20,000 nucleotides of DNA from an uncultured virus (IMG/VR IMGVR_UViG_3300031963_000084) (IMGVR_UViG_3300031963_000084), one strand, 5' to 3'. Shown: positions 1 through 9,833, counted from the stretch's first letter. The notes: generated from the letters alone by a model not told the origin. Translations and numbers: made by a program.

Positions 1-995
1 TTGCTTGTTTTTGGCAACAACCAATCTGTATAAATAATTTTTAAAAATACGTTTAATGTTTCTTGTAAATCTGTATTTAATAAAGTCGTTCTTTGTAAAA
101 TTGCGTCTTGGCACACTTTTCTAACAATAAGTTCAAATGCAGACAATATTTCATTAAATGTAAATTCGGACAAATTATATGTGTAAACAAAATTCTTAAG
201 TTGTTCAGACACACCTGTAAATTTTATACTTTCAATTACTACGTCGTCTTCGTTTGATAGATTTAATATTTTATTATAACCGACATACGTATCATTAATA
301 AAAGATTGTAATTCCGCCGTTGTTTTAAAACCGAGTAATTGTGTAATTTTATAGTAATTAAAATTATTTTGTTCAATATTAAAATTATTAAAAATTGGGT
401 TCGTATCTATTATCGGTACAATTTGATCGATTATTTGTAAAAACAAAAACTTTTTCTCAGCAAATGCTGAAATTTTAATAGCGTCTAAATTAGAAGTTAA
501 ATTTGTATTTCTATTAAACGCAAAAGACAATCTCAATTCAGTTCTGCTAGGAGAGATTTCTTTTATAAACAGTTTATTTGTAGAATTTCCAGCTATATTC
601 CGTATAGGATTATATAAAACATAATATAATCCGGGACTAAGTTCGTTAATTTTTAAATCAAATTGCGTATGTAATAACAGGTCGTTATTATTTAAAGCAT
701 AATTTGTAAATGGATTTGCAACTTGATAAGATTGTTCAACATTGTTTATGTCTTTATATGTTGAATTTATAACACTATAAGTAACTTTAGGAACAATTCT
801 ATTAAATAGAAGTGGTTCTTGATTGTTATTGTAAACTGTAAATTCTATGATGTCGTCGCCTGAATCGCCAAAAAAAGCAGAATCATTTACTAATTTTTGT
901 TCATATAAAGATTGCAAATTTTCTGGCAAGTAAGATGCACTTACTATTCCATACGAAAGATCATTGGTGTTTATTGTTAAATAATCGTAAGGCAT
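1..995 (-). CDS. Hypothetical virion/baseplate-region protein, truncated by the window edge
   Basis: Not in the ORF track. ATG at 995 lies one base after the TAA of 997..1473. I translated about 150 open codons (MPYDYLTINTNDLSYGIVSASYLPENL...LFIKEISPSRTELRL); continuation to the edge is inferred. Confidence 0.8.
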   Translation of the reverse strand, partial: MPYDYLTINTNDLSYGIVSASYLPENLQSLYEQKLVNDSAFFGDSGDDIIEFTVYNNNQEPLLFNRIVPKVTYSVINSTYKDINNVEQSYQVANPFTNYALNNNDLLLHTQFDLKINELSPGLYYVLYNPIRNIAGNSTNKLFIKEISPSRTELRLSFAFNRNTNLTSNLDAIKISAFAEKKFLFLQIIDQIVPIIDTNPIFNNFNIEQNNFNYYKITQLLGFKTTAELQSFINDTYVGYNKILNLSNEDDVVIESIKFTGVSEQLKNFVYTYNLSEFTFNEILSAFELIVRKVCQDAILQRTTLLNTDLQETLNVFLKIIYTDWLLPKTS

Positions 996-996
996 A

Positions 997-1473
997 TTAT
1001 GAAATTAAAGGTAAAAATGGAAAATCGTCACTAAAATCCGAAGGCACATTTCCCTGACCTAATTTTATTCTTAAATCTATTATTGTATTTTTTAAAGCAT
1101 TTATAACCGATTTATCATCGCTATTTTCATATTTTTCAACAAGTTCATTGACTGTTTGATTTAACAATCTGTTTTCTTCTAAAAGTACATTATATTGTTG
1201 TAATATTTCATCTACATTTCTCTTTTCCTCTCCTACAACAGTGGTTAATTCAGAAAAACTTACAGTATTTGCGTCAATTATTTTATTCTGATTATACTCA
1301 AACTTTTTGAGTGGAATTTTTACATAATTTAAATTAGCTTGTACGGATTGTGCTACTAAATAAACCAATTGTATATTTCCAAACGAATCCACATTATTAT
1401 TAAATGTTCCAAATTCTTTAAATTGTGAAACTTCGTCGGTAGCAACATCGTAATTTAATGGAATGTTTGCCAT
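997..1473 (-). CDS. Hypothetical protein with C-terminal coiled coil
   Basis: 158 aa ORF; heptad-like ILQQYNVLLEENRLLNQTVNELVEKY; coupled to both neighbours by TAA-T-ATG junctions. Confidence 0.8.
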   Translation of the reverse strand: MANIPLNYDVATDEVSQFKEFGTFNNNVDSFGNIQLVYLVAQSVQANLNYVKIPLKKFEYNQNKIIDANTVSFSELTTVVGEEKRNVDEILQQYNVLLEENRLLNQTVNELVEKYENSDDKSVINALKNTIIDLRIKLGQGNVPSDFSDDFPFLPLIS

Positions 1474-1474
1474 A

Positions 1475-3367
1475 TTATCTTATTATTTTAAATACCTTTT
1501 GTGTGTCCGTAATGTCTACTATACCGTCCGTATATTCTGTCTTAATAAATATTTTCAAATAACGTTCTTGAGGCAATCCTGTGGTTTGTAAATCAAAATA
1601 ATTACCTTGATTTGGATCACAACTTAATTTTGTATATTCATCAAATCCAATTAAAACCTCCTCGGATTCAGCATCTTTTACCATATAGTAAGAACTTGTG
1701 GGCAAATATTTAGGAGTTACCATTGATACTTGTTGATATGATTTTTGAAAGTTCTTCAATGGATATCTGTCTCTAGCAAATACAAATATTCTTGGTAAAC
1801 TACCCGCCTTATATGTATCTTTTAAATAATTCAATGTAATTACATTTTGAACAGATCCAGTAACAGGCGATAAACTGCCCGTATTATAAACACTATTATC
1901 CCAAGCTACATCAATATAAGGAGAATAAATAGTATTTGTATCTCTACTAAAAAATTGTAATAACCCATTGGTTTGTTGTAAAGGTGGTGTAGATAATTCC
2001 AATGAACTTATCAATATTAAACCTTGATTTGGTACACAACCACACAACCACGATCTAACGATTCGTGTAATATCCATGGATATGTCACTTTGTTGACCAT
2101 AATTAAAAGATTGACTACAAATCAAACTTTGATTTACCAATGACGGATACGTATTTGAAGAACATATCCATTTAGGTTTGTTTGTATAAGAAGGTGGTAC
2201 TTTATAAAACCAAGTACCTCCTTGATTTTCAAAGCTAGCACTAGAATATGACGCAGACAATAAATAATCAACTTGTTGATAAGCGTTAGTAGATTCGGAT
2301 CCATACCACAAACCGTTGCCGTCGTAATTTTTATAATTCCAACTAACACCCAATTGGGATCCCTCGTCTGCATATCTACCGTTACCGTTATCCCAACTCT
2401 GACTTACGGGATAAGCATAAATTTTATAATTTAACGGTAAATTTCTAGATCCACATGATTTTAAGTTTAAAGTAAATTTAATGTTTGAACCGCTAATTTT
2501 GTTATTAGATATGGATTGACTTAAATCGTTAATGTCAAACTTAATAAGAGTTCTGGAAAATTCTGGATAATTCAAATATGTAGCTGTGGATGGTCTTGTA
2601 AAAGAACCACTATACATTCCTTTGAAATAACCTTTAAAATTTACAACATCCACATAATACAAATTACTTGATGTAAGTGTTTGTACGAGTCCTTTAAAAT
2701 TAGATCCACTAAAAGAACCGGTAAAAGATCCTGATGTAAAATTAGTTACTGGTTGATAAAATCCAGGAGTACATGGGATACCTGTATTTGATTTACCGAG
2801 TATTTCTCCTTTTAAATTTTTGTAACTACCGGTACCACTTAACGACGATGTAAGTGGACTTATAGTATAGATTGTAGATCCTAATCTTAGATTAGAAAAT
2901 GTAGCCCCTTGTAAAATTGAACCCGAAAAACTACCGGTTGACCAAGAACCTGTAAAATGTGAGTAACTAGTTATATAAATACTGCCGCTAAAAGAACCCG
3001 ATGCAAAATTCGACGATCCCGTAATGTACAATTCCTTTTTAGGATTGGTTGTTACATTTGAAAGTCTGCCGTTAAAGTTAGATATAAACGATGTAAATGG
3101 TATTATTGATGAATTTAAACTAAATGCGTACCATTTGCTTCCTGAATATATACAAAAAGAAGATGTAGTATATGCTAACCAACCCTCATTACCATACGAT
3201 GAAGCTGTGATAGGCGCCGGATGCCAATTTGGATCCGTATATACAGTAGTTGTGCCTTTATTAGAAGCATATATTTCTAACACTTCATCCAATCCAAAAT
3301 TTTTATTAATAAATTTTTCGGAATTATTTATATAAGTGTCTTGAGATGAGTAAATAAATGTATGCAT
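1475..3367 (-). CDS. DNRLRE (disaggregatase-related)-like virion protein with an internal GSFS-repeat insertion
   Basis: Motif order QDTYI...NFGLDEVLEI / SRTLIKFDI...YAYPVSQSWDNG...VSW...GGTW...MDITRIVRSW...NQGLIL...FFSRDT...SPYIDVAWD matches my recollection of DNRLRE-type domains; lies next to baseplate wedge genes. Confidence 0.6.
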   Translation of the reverse strand: MHTFIYSSQDTYINNSEKFINKNFGLDEVLEIYASNKGTTTVYTDPNWHPAPITASSYGNEGWLAYTTSSFCIYSGSKWYAFSLNSSIIPFTSFISNFNGRLSNVTTNPKKELYITGSSNFASGSFSGSIYITSYSHFTGSWSTGSFSGSILQGATFSNLRLGSTIYTISPLTSSLSGTGSYKNLKGEILGKSNTGIPCTPGFYQPVTNFTSGSFTGSFSGSNFKGLVQTLTSSNLYYVDVVNFKGYFKGMYSGSFTRPSTATYLNYPEFSRTLIKFDINDLSQSISNNKISGSNIKFTLNLKSCGSRNLPLNYKIYAYPVSQSWDNGNGRYADEGSQLGVSWNYKNYDGNGLWYGSESTNAYQQVDYLLSASYSSASFENQGGTWFYKVPPSYTNKPKWICSSNTYPSLVNQSLICSQSFNYGQQSDISMDITRIVRSWLCGCVPNQGLILISSLELSTPPLQQTNGLLQFFSRDTNTIYSPYIDVAWDNSVYNTGSLSPVTGSVQNVITLNYLKDTYKAGSLPRIFVFARDRYPLKNFQKSYQQVSMVTPKYLPTSSYYMVKDAESEEVLIGFDEYTKLSCDPNQGNYFDLQTTGLPQERYLKIFIKTEYTDGIVDITDTQKVFKIIR

Positions 3368-3368
3368 A

Positions 3369-5348
3369 TTAAACTACGAGTGCTTTTATATCACTATCGG
3401 GATATTTTATTTCAAATATAGATGGATCTTTTGATGGATAAATTATGTTGTTTTGTGTAGCGATGGTAATATTGTATGCGACGGGAGAATAATTACCGTC
3501 ATCAATAGTTAAATTTTTAACTGTTATATCTACAACAGACTGTACACCTTCGTTTTGCATTATTTCAAAATTAATCTGACTTAAATTTATAGGTTGGTTA
3601 AAACTCCATTTGTCTATATCAAAAAAGTTTTTAACAGATTGTATACATGCGTTTAACACTTCTGATTTATTGAAACCTTTAAATACAGATATTTTGAATT
3701 CAACGCCTATATTTATGATATATCCATCTACTATATTTATTCTATCTGTAAGTATTTTGTAGTTTTGTAAATAAGTAACCAAATTTTGTAATGTCGCTGG
3801 GTTAATTTGTGTTAAATTTTTATTTACATCGTAACCCAGAATATATAAATTGTTTGTAAATGGATTATTTGATTGTAAAAATTTACGTCTATCTAACGGA
3901 TTTAAAGGTGTCAAATCCAATGTAGAATTATTTGATGTATTTACTACTCCGTTTATTAATCCGTTGTATTGAACTTCTCTTGTTAAATTGCTTTCAATAT
4001 AAGCTTTTGCTATGTTTCCTAATTGTGGAGGTAAAGCATATACTCTTAAAATAAAATCGTCGTCAGTAACCATTCTATTCTGTGCAGAAAAGTTTAATAT
4101 AGAATTTTGTCTTATTTCTTCATCACTTTCAGCATCGTCTCCACCCGAAGAAGAATCTGGGTTATTAACTCTCAAAGAATTTTGTATATTATTTAACAAT
4201 ATAACTTCGCTGTCAGTTAAAGATGTTACATCATTTAAATATGATACGGCGACAATCTTATTTATCTCACCCGAATTTACATTTGAATTTACACCTCCAC
4301 CAACAATATAACTAATAGTAAGAGTAGTATTTGACGGTGAGGTACCATAACTGTTAGCCTTTAATACATTTGTATTGTCAAGAGATATATTCAAATTTTT
4401 AAGATTTGATAATGAAACGCCGATGTTAGTTGGATTTGGTACTATGATAGTGTTATCATAATTTTCAGTATTAGCACCGAATTGTATTGTTGTTTGGTTA
4501 TTTTCGTCGATTGTTGTAACAAAACGTTTTTCAGTTCTTAAATATTTTAATATTTTCGGCGTTTCATTTCTATATGAAGATAGTGTTTGATTATTAAGAG
4601 GAACATTATCTATTTCTATAGGAATTGTATCTTGAGCTAAATACTCCACTTCATAATAAGAATTATTATTACTGTCGGTTACACTCACAATTTTAAGAAC
4701 ATTAGTTTCGTTTAATTTTATACTAAAAAATGGAGTTTGTTCGCCAACGGAAATTTGTTTAACAATTAACGTTCCAGAATATGCTTTGGTTGTTTTTTTA
4801 ATTAAATAAAACTGAGGCGCTCCTGTATTATCACGATTGTATACAGTAATTTCCCGCGGCGAAAATTTTGTATCTTGACTAAAATCTACACTTTCTTCAA
4901 CAATAAAATCTATACCCGATACACTTGTTAATCGTGTAAATGGTTTTAATATTAAACAATAACGTTCGTCAGGAATATATTCGTTGTTCTCAGTTCGTTT
5001 AGCAGGCAATAGTTGAAATAAATCAACACCCGTAGACGACGCAGAGGATACTTTAGGTTTATAACCCAACATTTTAGCACCATTAATGATGTTTCTACGA
5101 TCTTGTGCGAATTGTATAAAACTTTCAAAGAATTGTTGATCTGTATAGTAAGATAATACATCTCCGACATATGCAGCTTGTTCTATAAAAATTTGACCAG
5201 GTGAACTTTCACTAAAATCTTTATAACTTTGTGGGTAATATTGTTTTGTAAAGTCAATTAACTGTTGACGAAGTGACGCAAAATCTCTATTAAGATAGTT
5301 TATATCTTTTGTATTAGCATCAAATGTTTTATTTATTAATTTTGACAT
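3369..5348 (-). CDS. Baseplate wedge subunit (T4 gp6 / baseplate J-like)
   Basis: N-terminal YLNRDFASLRQQL...DFSESSPG...AAYVGDVLSYYTD...AKMLGYKP; TTIQFG; YIVGGGVNSN; SGGDDAESDEEIRQN...AQNRMVTDDDF. Follows a gp25-like gene. Confidence 0.9.
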   Translation of the reverse strand: MSKLINKTFDANTKDINYLNRDFASLRQQLIDFTKQYYPQSYKDFSESSPGQIFIEQAAYVGDVLSYYTDQQFFESFIQFAQDRRNIINGAKMLGYKPKVSSASSTGVDLFQLLPAKRTENNEYIPDERYCLILKPFTRLTSVSGIDFIVEESVDFSQDTKFSPREITVYNRDNTGAPQFYLIKKTTKAYSGTLIVKQISVGEQTPFFSIKLNETNVLKIVSVTDSNNNSYYEVEYLAQDTIPIEIDNVPLNNQTLSSYRNETPKILKYLRTEKRFVTTIDENNQTTIQFGANTENYDNTIIVPNPTNIGVSLSNLKNLNISLDNTNVLKANSYGTSPSNTTLTISYIVGGGVNSNVNSGEINKIVAVSYLNDVTSLTDSEVILLNNIQNSLRVNNPDSSSGGDDAESDEEIRQNSILNFSAQNRMVTDDDFILRVYALPPQLGNIAKAYIESNLTREVQYNGLINGVVNTSNNSTLDLTPLNPLDRRKFLQSNNPFTNNLYILGYDVNKNLTQINPATLQNLVTYLQNYKILTDRINIVDGYIINIGVEFKISVFKGFNKSEVLNACIQSVKNFFDIDKWSFNQPINLSQINFEIMQNEGVQSVVDITVKNLTIDDGNYSPVAYNITIATQNNIIYPSKDPSIFEIKYPDSDIKALVV

Positions 5349-5749
5349 TATATTCTATTACCTTCCAAATTTAGTTGTGTTGTGCCTATAGTATTGTTAT
5401 ATCTAAACGTAATACTTATAAATATTGAATTTTTATCATTATTTTCCACTTGTTGTTGAGATAATTCTACTTTCAATATAGCTATACCCTTTAAATACTT
5501 ATCAATATCTCGTTGAATTACATCCAAAATGATATCATTAGAAACGTCGTTATCAATTGATTGAAAAAGTAAATTATAAAGTCCAGAACCAAAACTGTTA
5601 TTAAATCTACGTTCTCCTGGTATAGTTAATAACATATTTTGTAAATTATCAGCAACTTGTGAAATCGTATCTTTGTTTGTTGCAAAATAACCTTCATTAC
5701 CAAGTTGTATCGGTAGTGATAATCCTATTGCTTTTTTAGGTGTAGCCAT
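5348..5749 (-). CDS. Baseplate wedge subunit gp25-like (GPW/gp25 family)
   Basis: 133 aa with NLQNMLLTIPGERRFNNSFGSGLYNLLF, the gp25 family signature; immediately upstream of the gp6-like gene. Confidence 0.9.
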   Translation of the reverse strand: MATPKKAIGLSLPIQLGNEGYFATNKDTISQVADNLQNMLLTIPGERRFNNSFGSGLYNLLFQSIDNDVSNDIILDVIQRDIDKYLKGIAILKVELSQQQVENNDKNSIFISITFRYNNTIGTTQLNLEGNRI

Positions 5750-5757
5750 TAGTTACC

Positions 5758-6231
5758 TTATTTTTCACCTTTTTTCTTGCTTACGGCTTTCATTAATGAT
5801 CTATAGTCTCTATTGAGAGCCGTATATACACTTTTAACTGGTTCAGAAGCATTTTCTGGTACTTTGGTTTCCGCAATAACTTCTTGACTGCCACCACCGC
5901 CATATCCGCCCAACATACTTACCATACCACCTTCTTGTGGAACTCCGCCTGTTGTTTGATTAAGAATATCATTCAATAATGGATTATTTGTGTATTTTAC
6001 AAACTTTTTGACAGGTTTAACTTCTTCTTCAATCATAGAAGATTCATTCATAGTTTCCAATTCTTTTAAAATTTGTTGTTCTAAATCAGAATCGGATGAT
6101 TTTTTCTTTTTCTGACCAACTTCTTTAGAAAATATTTCTGTTAACTGAAGTTTAAGTTCAGACTGAATAACACTACGCACTTCTTGTTGTACCGTTTTTT
6201 TAATGAATTCTTTTAATACTTCTATTTTCAT
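5758..6231 (-). CDS. Hypothetical phage protein
   Basis: 157 aa ORF co-oriented within the structural cluster; no family recognised. Confidence 0.75.
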   Translation of the reverse strand: MKIEVLKEFIKKTVQQEVRSVIQSELKLQLTEIFSKEVGQKKKKSSDSDLEQQILKELETMNESSMIEEEVKPVKKFVKYTNNPLLNDILNQTTGGVPQEGGMVSMLGGYGGGGSQEVIAETKVPENASEPVKSVYTALNRDYRSLMKAVSKKKGEK

Positions 6232-6248
6232 AATATTATATATAATTA

Positions 6249-6746
6249 TTAACCTAAACTAGATTTAGGTAAATTTAATAAATCTGTTACGTCTTTTGAA
6301 TCAGTCGGTCTTGGTATTTTTATTGTTTTTATACGAGGTGTATTAACTGGTTTAGGCACTTTTGGTTTAGGCAAACCAGCCTGTACTTCTTTTAGTCTCG
6401 TTTCGGATGTTTTTGTTATACCGTTGTTAACTACGTCGTTAGTAGGTTCTGTTTTTGTTGTTTTAGCTAATTCAGCGGTAGATCCTACATTTCCTGTTTT
6501 AGGATATACAAATGTATCATTTCCCGAAATAGATTGTGGATTATATTGATTAGGAGTCCAATCTTTACCTATACCATTAGGTTTTATGGTTGATGTCTCG
6601 GACCCGGTCGTTTTAACATCGGACGGATCGTACTGAACTTTTAAATTTTTATTGTCAATAATAGCTGATTTATTTGTTACTCCACTAACGGTCTGGGTAG
6701 GCGGTCCTGATAATGACGGGGTTGGATCTTTAAAAATGTTGTTCAT
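6249..6746 (-). CDS. Hypothetical Pro/Thr/Lys-rich protein (start revised to MNNIFKDP)
   Basis: The track start (6836) overlaps the upstream gene by 89 nt. ATG at 6746 follows its TGA (6748-6750) with the same one-base spacing seen elsewhere in this operon. Confidence 0.7.
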   Translation of the reverse strand: MNNIFKDPTPSLSGPPTQTVSGVTNKSAIIDNKNLKVQYDPSDVKTTGSETSTIKPNGIGKDWTPNQYNPQSISGNDTFVYPKTGNVGSTAELAKTTKTEPTNDVVNNGITKTSETRLKEVQAGLPKPKVPKPVNTPRIKTIKIPRPTDSKDVTDLLNLPKSSLG

Positions 6747-6747
6747 A

Positions 6748-8454
6748 TCAATTTTGAAATTCAAATTCAAATTGTACAGGAGCTTCTCTACGATTTCTAC
6801 CTTTAAAATCACCGACGACTCCTTGACCCGTAACAATATTTATATTTATTGGATCTTTACATTCAACTCCACTACTCGTTGGTTTTACTCCGTTACTACC
6901 GGGCGCATATCCACCACCAGTAACGAATACTCGTCTACTTAGTGTCTTATGTAGATTGTCTCTCAATAATTTAAGTTTTATTTGTTGTACGGGTATCTGT
7001 GTTTGATTTGGTAACGCGTCGTTTGTATTTTCCGAGCTTATTGCACCTGCGTCTTCGTGTCCATGTGGATGTGGATGTACGTGGTGATACCAATGTACGT
7101 GATCCAATAACCAATTACACAGATCATACATCCAATCTACTGTTGTTTGACCTAATAAAGCTGGTTCATTTGTCTCACCGTATTGACCCAGAAATATTTG
7201 AGGCGCATTAATACAAGCTACGTTATTTGTGGTAATAACAACATTGTCATTTGCGTCAACCGTATATTCACTGTCGGTAGCTACCGCATAACGTTTTTTA
7301 CTAAAATGAAATGTTTCTGCAAATCTACTACTTAAAATTAATCTATCAGAATTTATTACTATTTGATCACCGTCTAATATAGGAAATTTAAAGTTGGTTG
7401 AACCATTCGGATTAAATCTAGTTTGTTCTTCGGTCGGTTTATTGTCGTCTGTAATACCAAAAACGCTTTTGTACACAGTGGTTTGCCATGAACTTATGGT
7501 ATATCCACTTGTTATTTGTATAGTAGTACCATCGTTGTTAACATCTTCATCTATCTGACCACCATAATTTTTTTCTTTTTCTTTTATGGAAGGTATTGGT
7601 GGAAGTTTTGGATGTAACTGTTGTGATTTATTTTGAGCTATATTACGTTGTCTGTTTCTTATTGTAATTTTTGGATTACCATAACCACCTTCTACAGATT
7701 CTTTTAATAAATTTCCAACCAAAGCATAAGATGGATATCTACCTTTATCATTTAGTCGGTCATCATCGTATGCACTAAAACGAATAGACTGTCCGAATCT
7801 ACTTTGTATTACTGTATCTCCCTCAAACTGTCTCACTCCCCTAATGTAGGGATTTAGTATAAAATAATTGCCGAAATAACCATTTTTATTCAAGCTTAAA
7901 AATGATGGATGACTTACATAACTTTTACGATTTTTTGGCTCCAAATACGGTACGGCACTATTTGCATCTTCGCTGTTAGATTTTTCTGTTATAAATTCTC
8001 CATTTGTACCCCATAGATTTACTCTATTAAATGGTTTAGTATAATAATAATTATCTCCAACTTTCAATACCAACACTTGTTCGTTTAGTAATGGAAATTG
8101 TGTAATTGTATTATCCAGTGGTATTGCCCATGGTAGTTTATCATTGGATGTTTGTTTTTCTTCGCTTAAAATGCGAATTTTAGCTCTGCCAATATACGTG
8201 TAATCAACGTTGTTAGCTTCTGGTATTTTATTTTCATAATTGATAGGTATTTGTTGATACCTAATTGTAGGAGCGATTTTAGAATTATTATTGTTGGTAG
8301 TTTTTCCAAAAAATGGATGTTTATCATCCAATATTACATCAACAACAACGGCTAATTGCAAAAAACTAGTATCTGTTCCTTTTAAAGTGGAATTTGTTAT
8401 GGTCGTAGTCGACGGATTTGAATTTCTAACTATTGTAGATATATTTGTACTCAT
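6748..8454 (-). CDS. Baseplate hub/central spike protein, gp5/gpV-like
   Basis: OB-fold-like N-terminus (AVVVDV...IGRAKIRI...LPWAIPL...FPLLNEQVLV...YYY), beta-rich middle (GDTVIQSRFGQSIRF, GDQIVINSDRLILSS), EPALLG followed by HxH motifs; upstream of gp25/gp6-like genes. Confidence 0.7.
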   Translation of the reverse strand: MSTNISTIVRNSNPSTTTITNSTLKGTDTSFLQLAVVVDVILDDKHPFFGKTTNNNNSKIAPTIRYQQIPINYENKIPEANNVDYTYIGRAKIRILSEEKQTSNDKLPWAIPLDNTITQFPLLNEQVLVLKVGDNYYYTKPFNRVNLWGTNGEFITEKSNSEDANSAVPYLEPKNRKSYVSHPSFLSLNKNGYFGNYFILNPYIRGVRQFEGDTVIQSRFGQSIRFSAYDDDRLNDKGRYPSYALVGNLLKESVEGGYGNPKITIRNRQRNIAQNKSQQLHPKLPPIPSIKEKEKNYGGQIDEDVNNDGTTIQITSGYTISSWQTTVYKSVFGITDDNKPTEEQTRFNPNGSTNFKFPILDGDQIVINSDRLILSSRFAETFHFSKKRYAVATDSEYTVDANDNVVITTNNVACINAPQIFLGQYGETNEPALLGQTTVDWMYDLCNWLLDHVHWYHHVHPHPHGHEDAGAISSENTNDALPNQTQIPVQQIKLKLLRDNLHKTLSRRVFVTGGGYAPGSNGVKPTSSGVECKDPININIVTGQGVVGDFKGRNRREAPVQFEFEFQN

Positions 8455-8801
8455 TACGATTGTTGATTTTTACTGATTATTATAACTTCATCCATTAATT
8501 GTTTTCTCTCTTCCTCACTCAAAACCATAGCAGGACCTTCTCCACTAGTTTCACTTTTAGCTACTAGTCTCTGAACTACAGATGCCAATTTAACTAATTG
8601 TTCGTCATTTTTGATACCTACATCATAATAATCCTTAATTAATGGCACTATTATTACAGCATCATTAACTGTTTTAATTAATGTACGTAACTCGGATATC
8701 AAAATATCAATTTGATCCTTTTTATTTTCAGAATTTTTAACTATGTCTTTACAGAGACTAGAAAAATTTTTACCTTTATAAATTTCAAAATTTAAGTCCA
8801 T
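8454..8801 (-). CDS. Hypothetical helical protein
   Basis: 115 aa ORF; TAATG overlap with the spike gene; preceded by TATTTATA. Confidence 0.75.
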   Translation of the reverse strand: MDLNFEIYKGKNFSSLCKDIVKNSENKKDQIDILISELRTLIKTVNDAVIIVPLIKDYYDVGIKNDEQLVKLASVVQRLVAKSETSGEGPAMVLSEEERKQLMDEVIIISKNQQS

Positions 8802-8806
8802 ATAGC

Positions 8807-8814
8807 TATAAATA
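8807..8814 (-). promoter_or_regulatory. TATTTATA motif, candidate phage late promoter
   Basis: 5 nt before ATG 8801, directly after a terminator; recurs before many genes. Confidence 0.6.
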
Positions 8815-8815
8815 G

Positions 8816-8842
8816 AAAAACCACTCTATTTAGAGTGGTTTT
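8816..8842 (-). terminator. Intrinsic terminator after the sigma-factor gene
   Basis: Inverted repeat AAAACCACTCT-AAAT-AGAGTGGTTTTT on the minus strand. Confidence 0.8.
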
Positions 8843-8858
8843 ATTGATTATTTAGATT

Positions 8859-9833
8859 TTATATTATTCCCCGATTTGAATAATTTTTAGTAACAATATT
8901 TTGATAATTTTTCATTTTATTTAAAACCTTAGTAATCTGTTGGGTTTTACAGTCACTTAACTCACGTATATACAAATATAATGTTTTTTTATTAAAGTTT
9001 TCGATTCGTTCACAGTTTCTAAACAATTCAATTACAGCATATGCAATTTTTAAATCTTTTTGTTTATTAAATATTTTTGTAATGTTTTCTTCCCAATACT
9101 TTATGAGTAACTTCATAAATTCTTGATTCTGTACAATTTTATAGTGTTCGTCTTCGGTTTGTAAACATACGGAAGATTCACTCGGAGTTTCGCTAATATC
9201 TACATGTTGATTAAATCTTTTATAATTATTATTATTATGAAAAATTAAATAATTTTTAGCCACTATGCTAAAATAACTAAAAGCTTTTCCTTTGCCTGCT
9301 TGAAATTTGTTAATATTAGTAACCAAGTGAGAAACAGTTTCTTTTTGTATTTCTAAAGGACTATTATCAAAATATGTAAACTTAAACGTATTGAATATAT
9401 TTTCTACAAGTTTTTCAAAGCTAAATTTTATTTTTGTTTCGTATATTTCATTTCTTTTAACTACATCTTCCTCAGTATTATACTCTACAATAGCATCTTC
9501 TGTTTTTTTGGAAAAATATATTTTTTCTTTTTTATTTCTACCACGTCGTTTTTTACGCATTCCATTTTCATCAAAAATAGATTCGTCGTTAGTTTCTAAA
9601 ATTTGATCCTCTACGACTTCGTGTTTGACGGTACGAGGCACTTCTATAGTTGAAATTTCTTTTTCAGGCAATAAAACGCCAATATTGATTTTATCAATGA
9701 CTGGCGATTTTTTATTTTTTAATTTTGTTTTGTTACTAACCCTTTTTTTGGCTACAACAGAAACGGTTTTTTTATTAAGTTTTGAAGACTTGCGTTTTGT
9801 TTTTTTCATTAATATCGAAGGAGTTATCGTCAT
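8859..9833 (-). CDS. Phage RNA polymerase sigma factor, T4 gp55-like (sigma70 region 2), with Lys-rich N-terminal extension
   Basis: YFSKKTEDAIVEYN...EKLVENIFNTFKFTYF...EIQKETVSHLVTNINKFQAGKGKAFSYFSIVAKNYLI resembles sigma region 2 as in gp55-type sigmas. The true start may be 9809 (MKKTKRK). Confidence 0.7.
   Translation of the reverse strand: MTITPSILMKKTKRKSSKLNKKTVSVVAKKRVSNKTKLKNKKSPVIDKINIGVLLPEKEISTIEVPRTVKHEVVEDQILETNDESIFDENGMRKKRRGRNKKEKIYFSKKTEDAIVEYNTEEDVVKRNEIYETKIKFSFEKLVENIFNTFKFTYFDNSPLEIQKETVSHLVTNINKFQAGKGKAFSYFSIVAKNYLIFHNNNNYKRFNQHVDISETPSESSVCLQTEDEHYKIVQNQEFMKLLIKYWEENITKIFNKQKDLKIAYAVIELFRNCERIENFNKKTLYLYIRELSDCKTQQITKVLNKMKNYQNIVTKNYSNRGII

Noticed and set aside
6241..6248. 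TAATTATA 9 nt upstream of ATG 6231 as another late-motif copy
   Set aside because: It deviates in sequence and spacing within a pure A/T tract, so it is too weak to count.
3369..8454. Bacterial contractile injection system (eCIS, tailocin or T6SS) instead of a phage
   Set aside because: The context of gp55-like sigma, PhoH, Hsp20, tRNAs, tmRNA and many small hypothetical genes fits a large phage genome.
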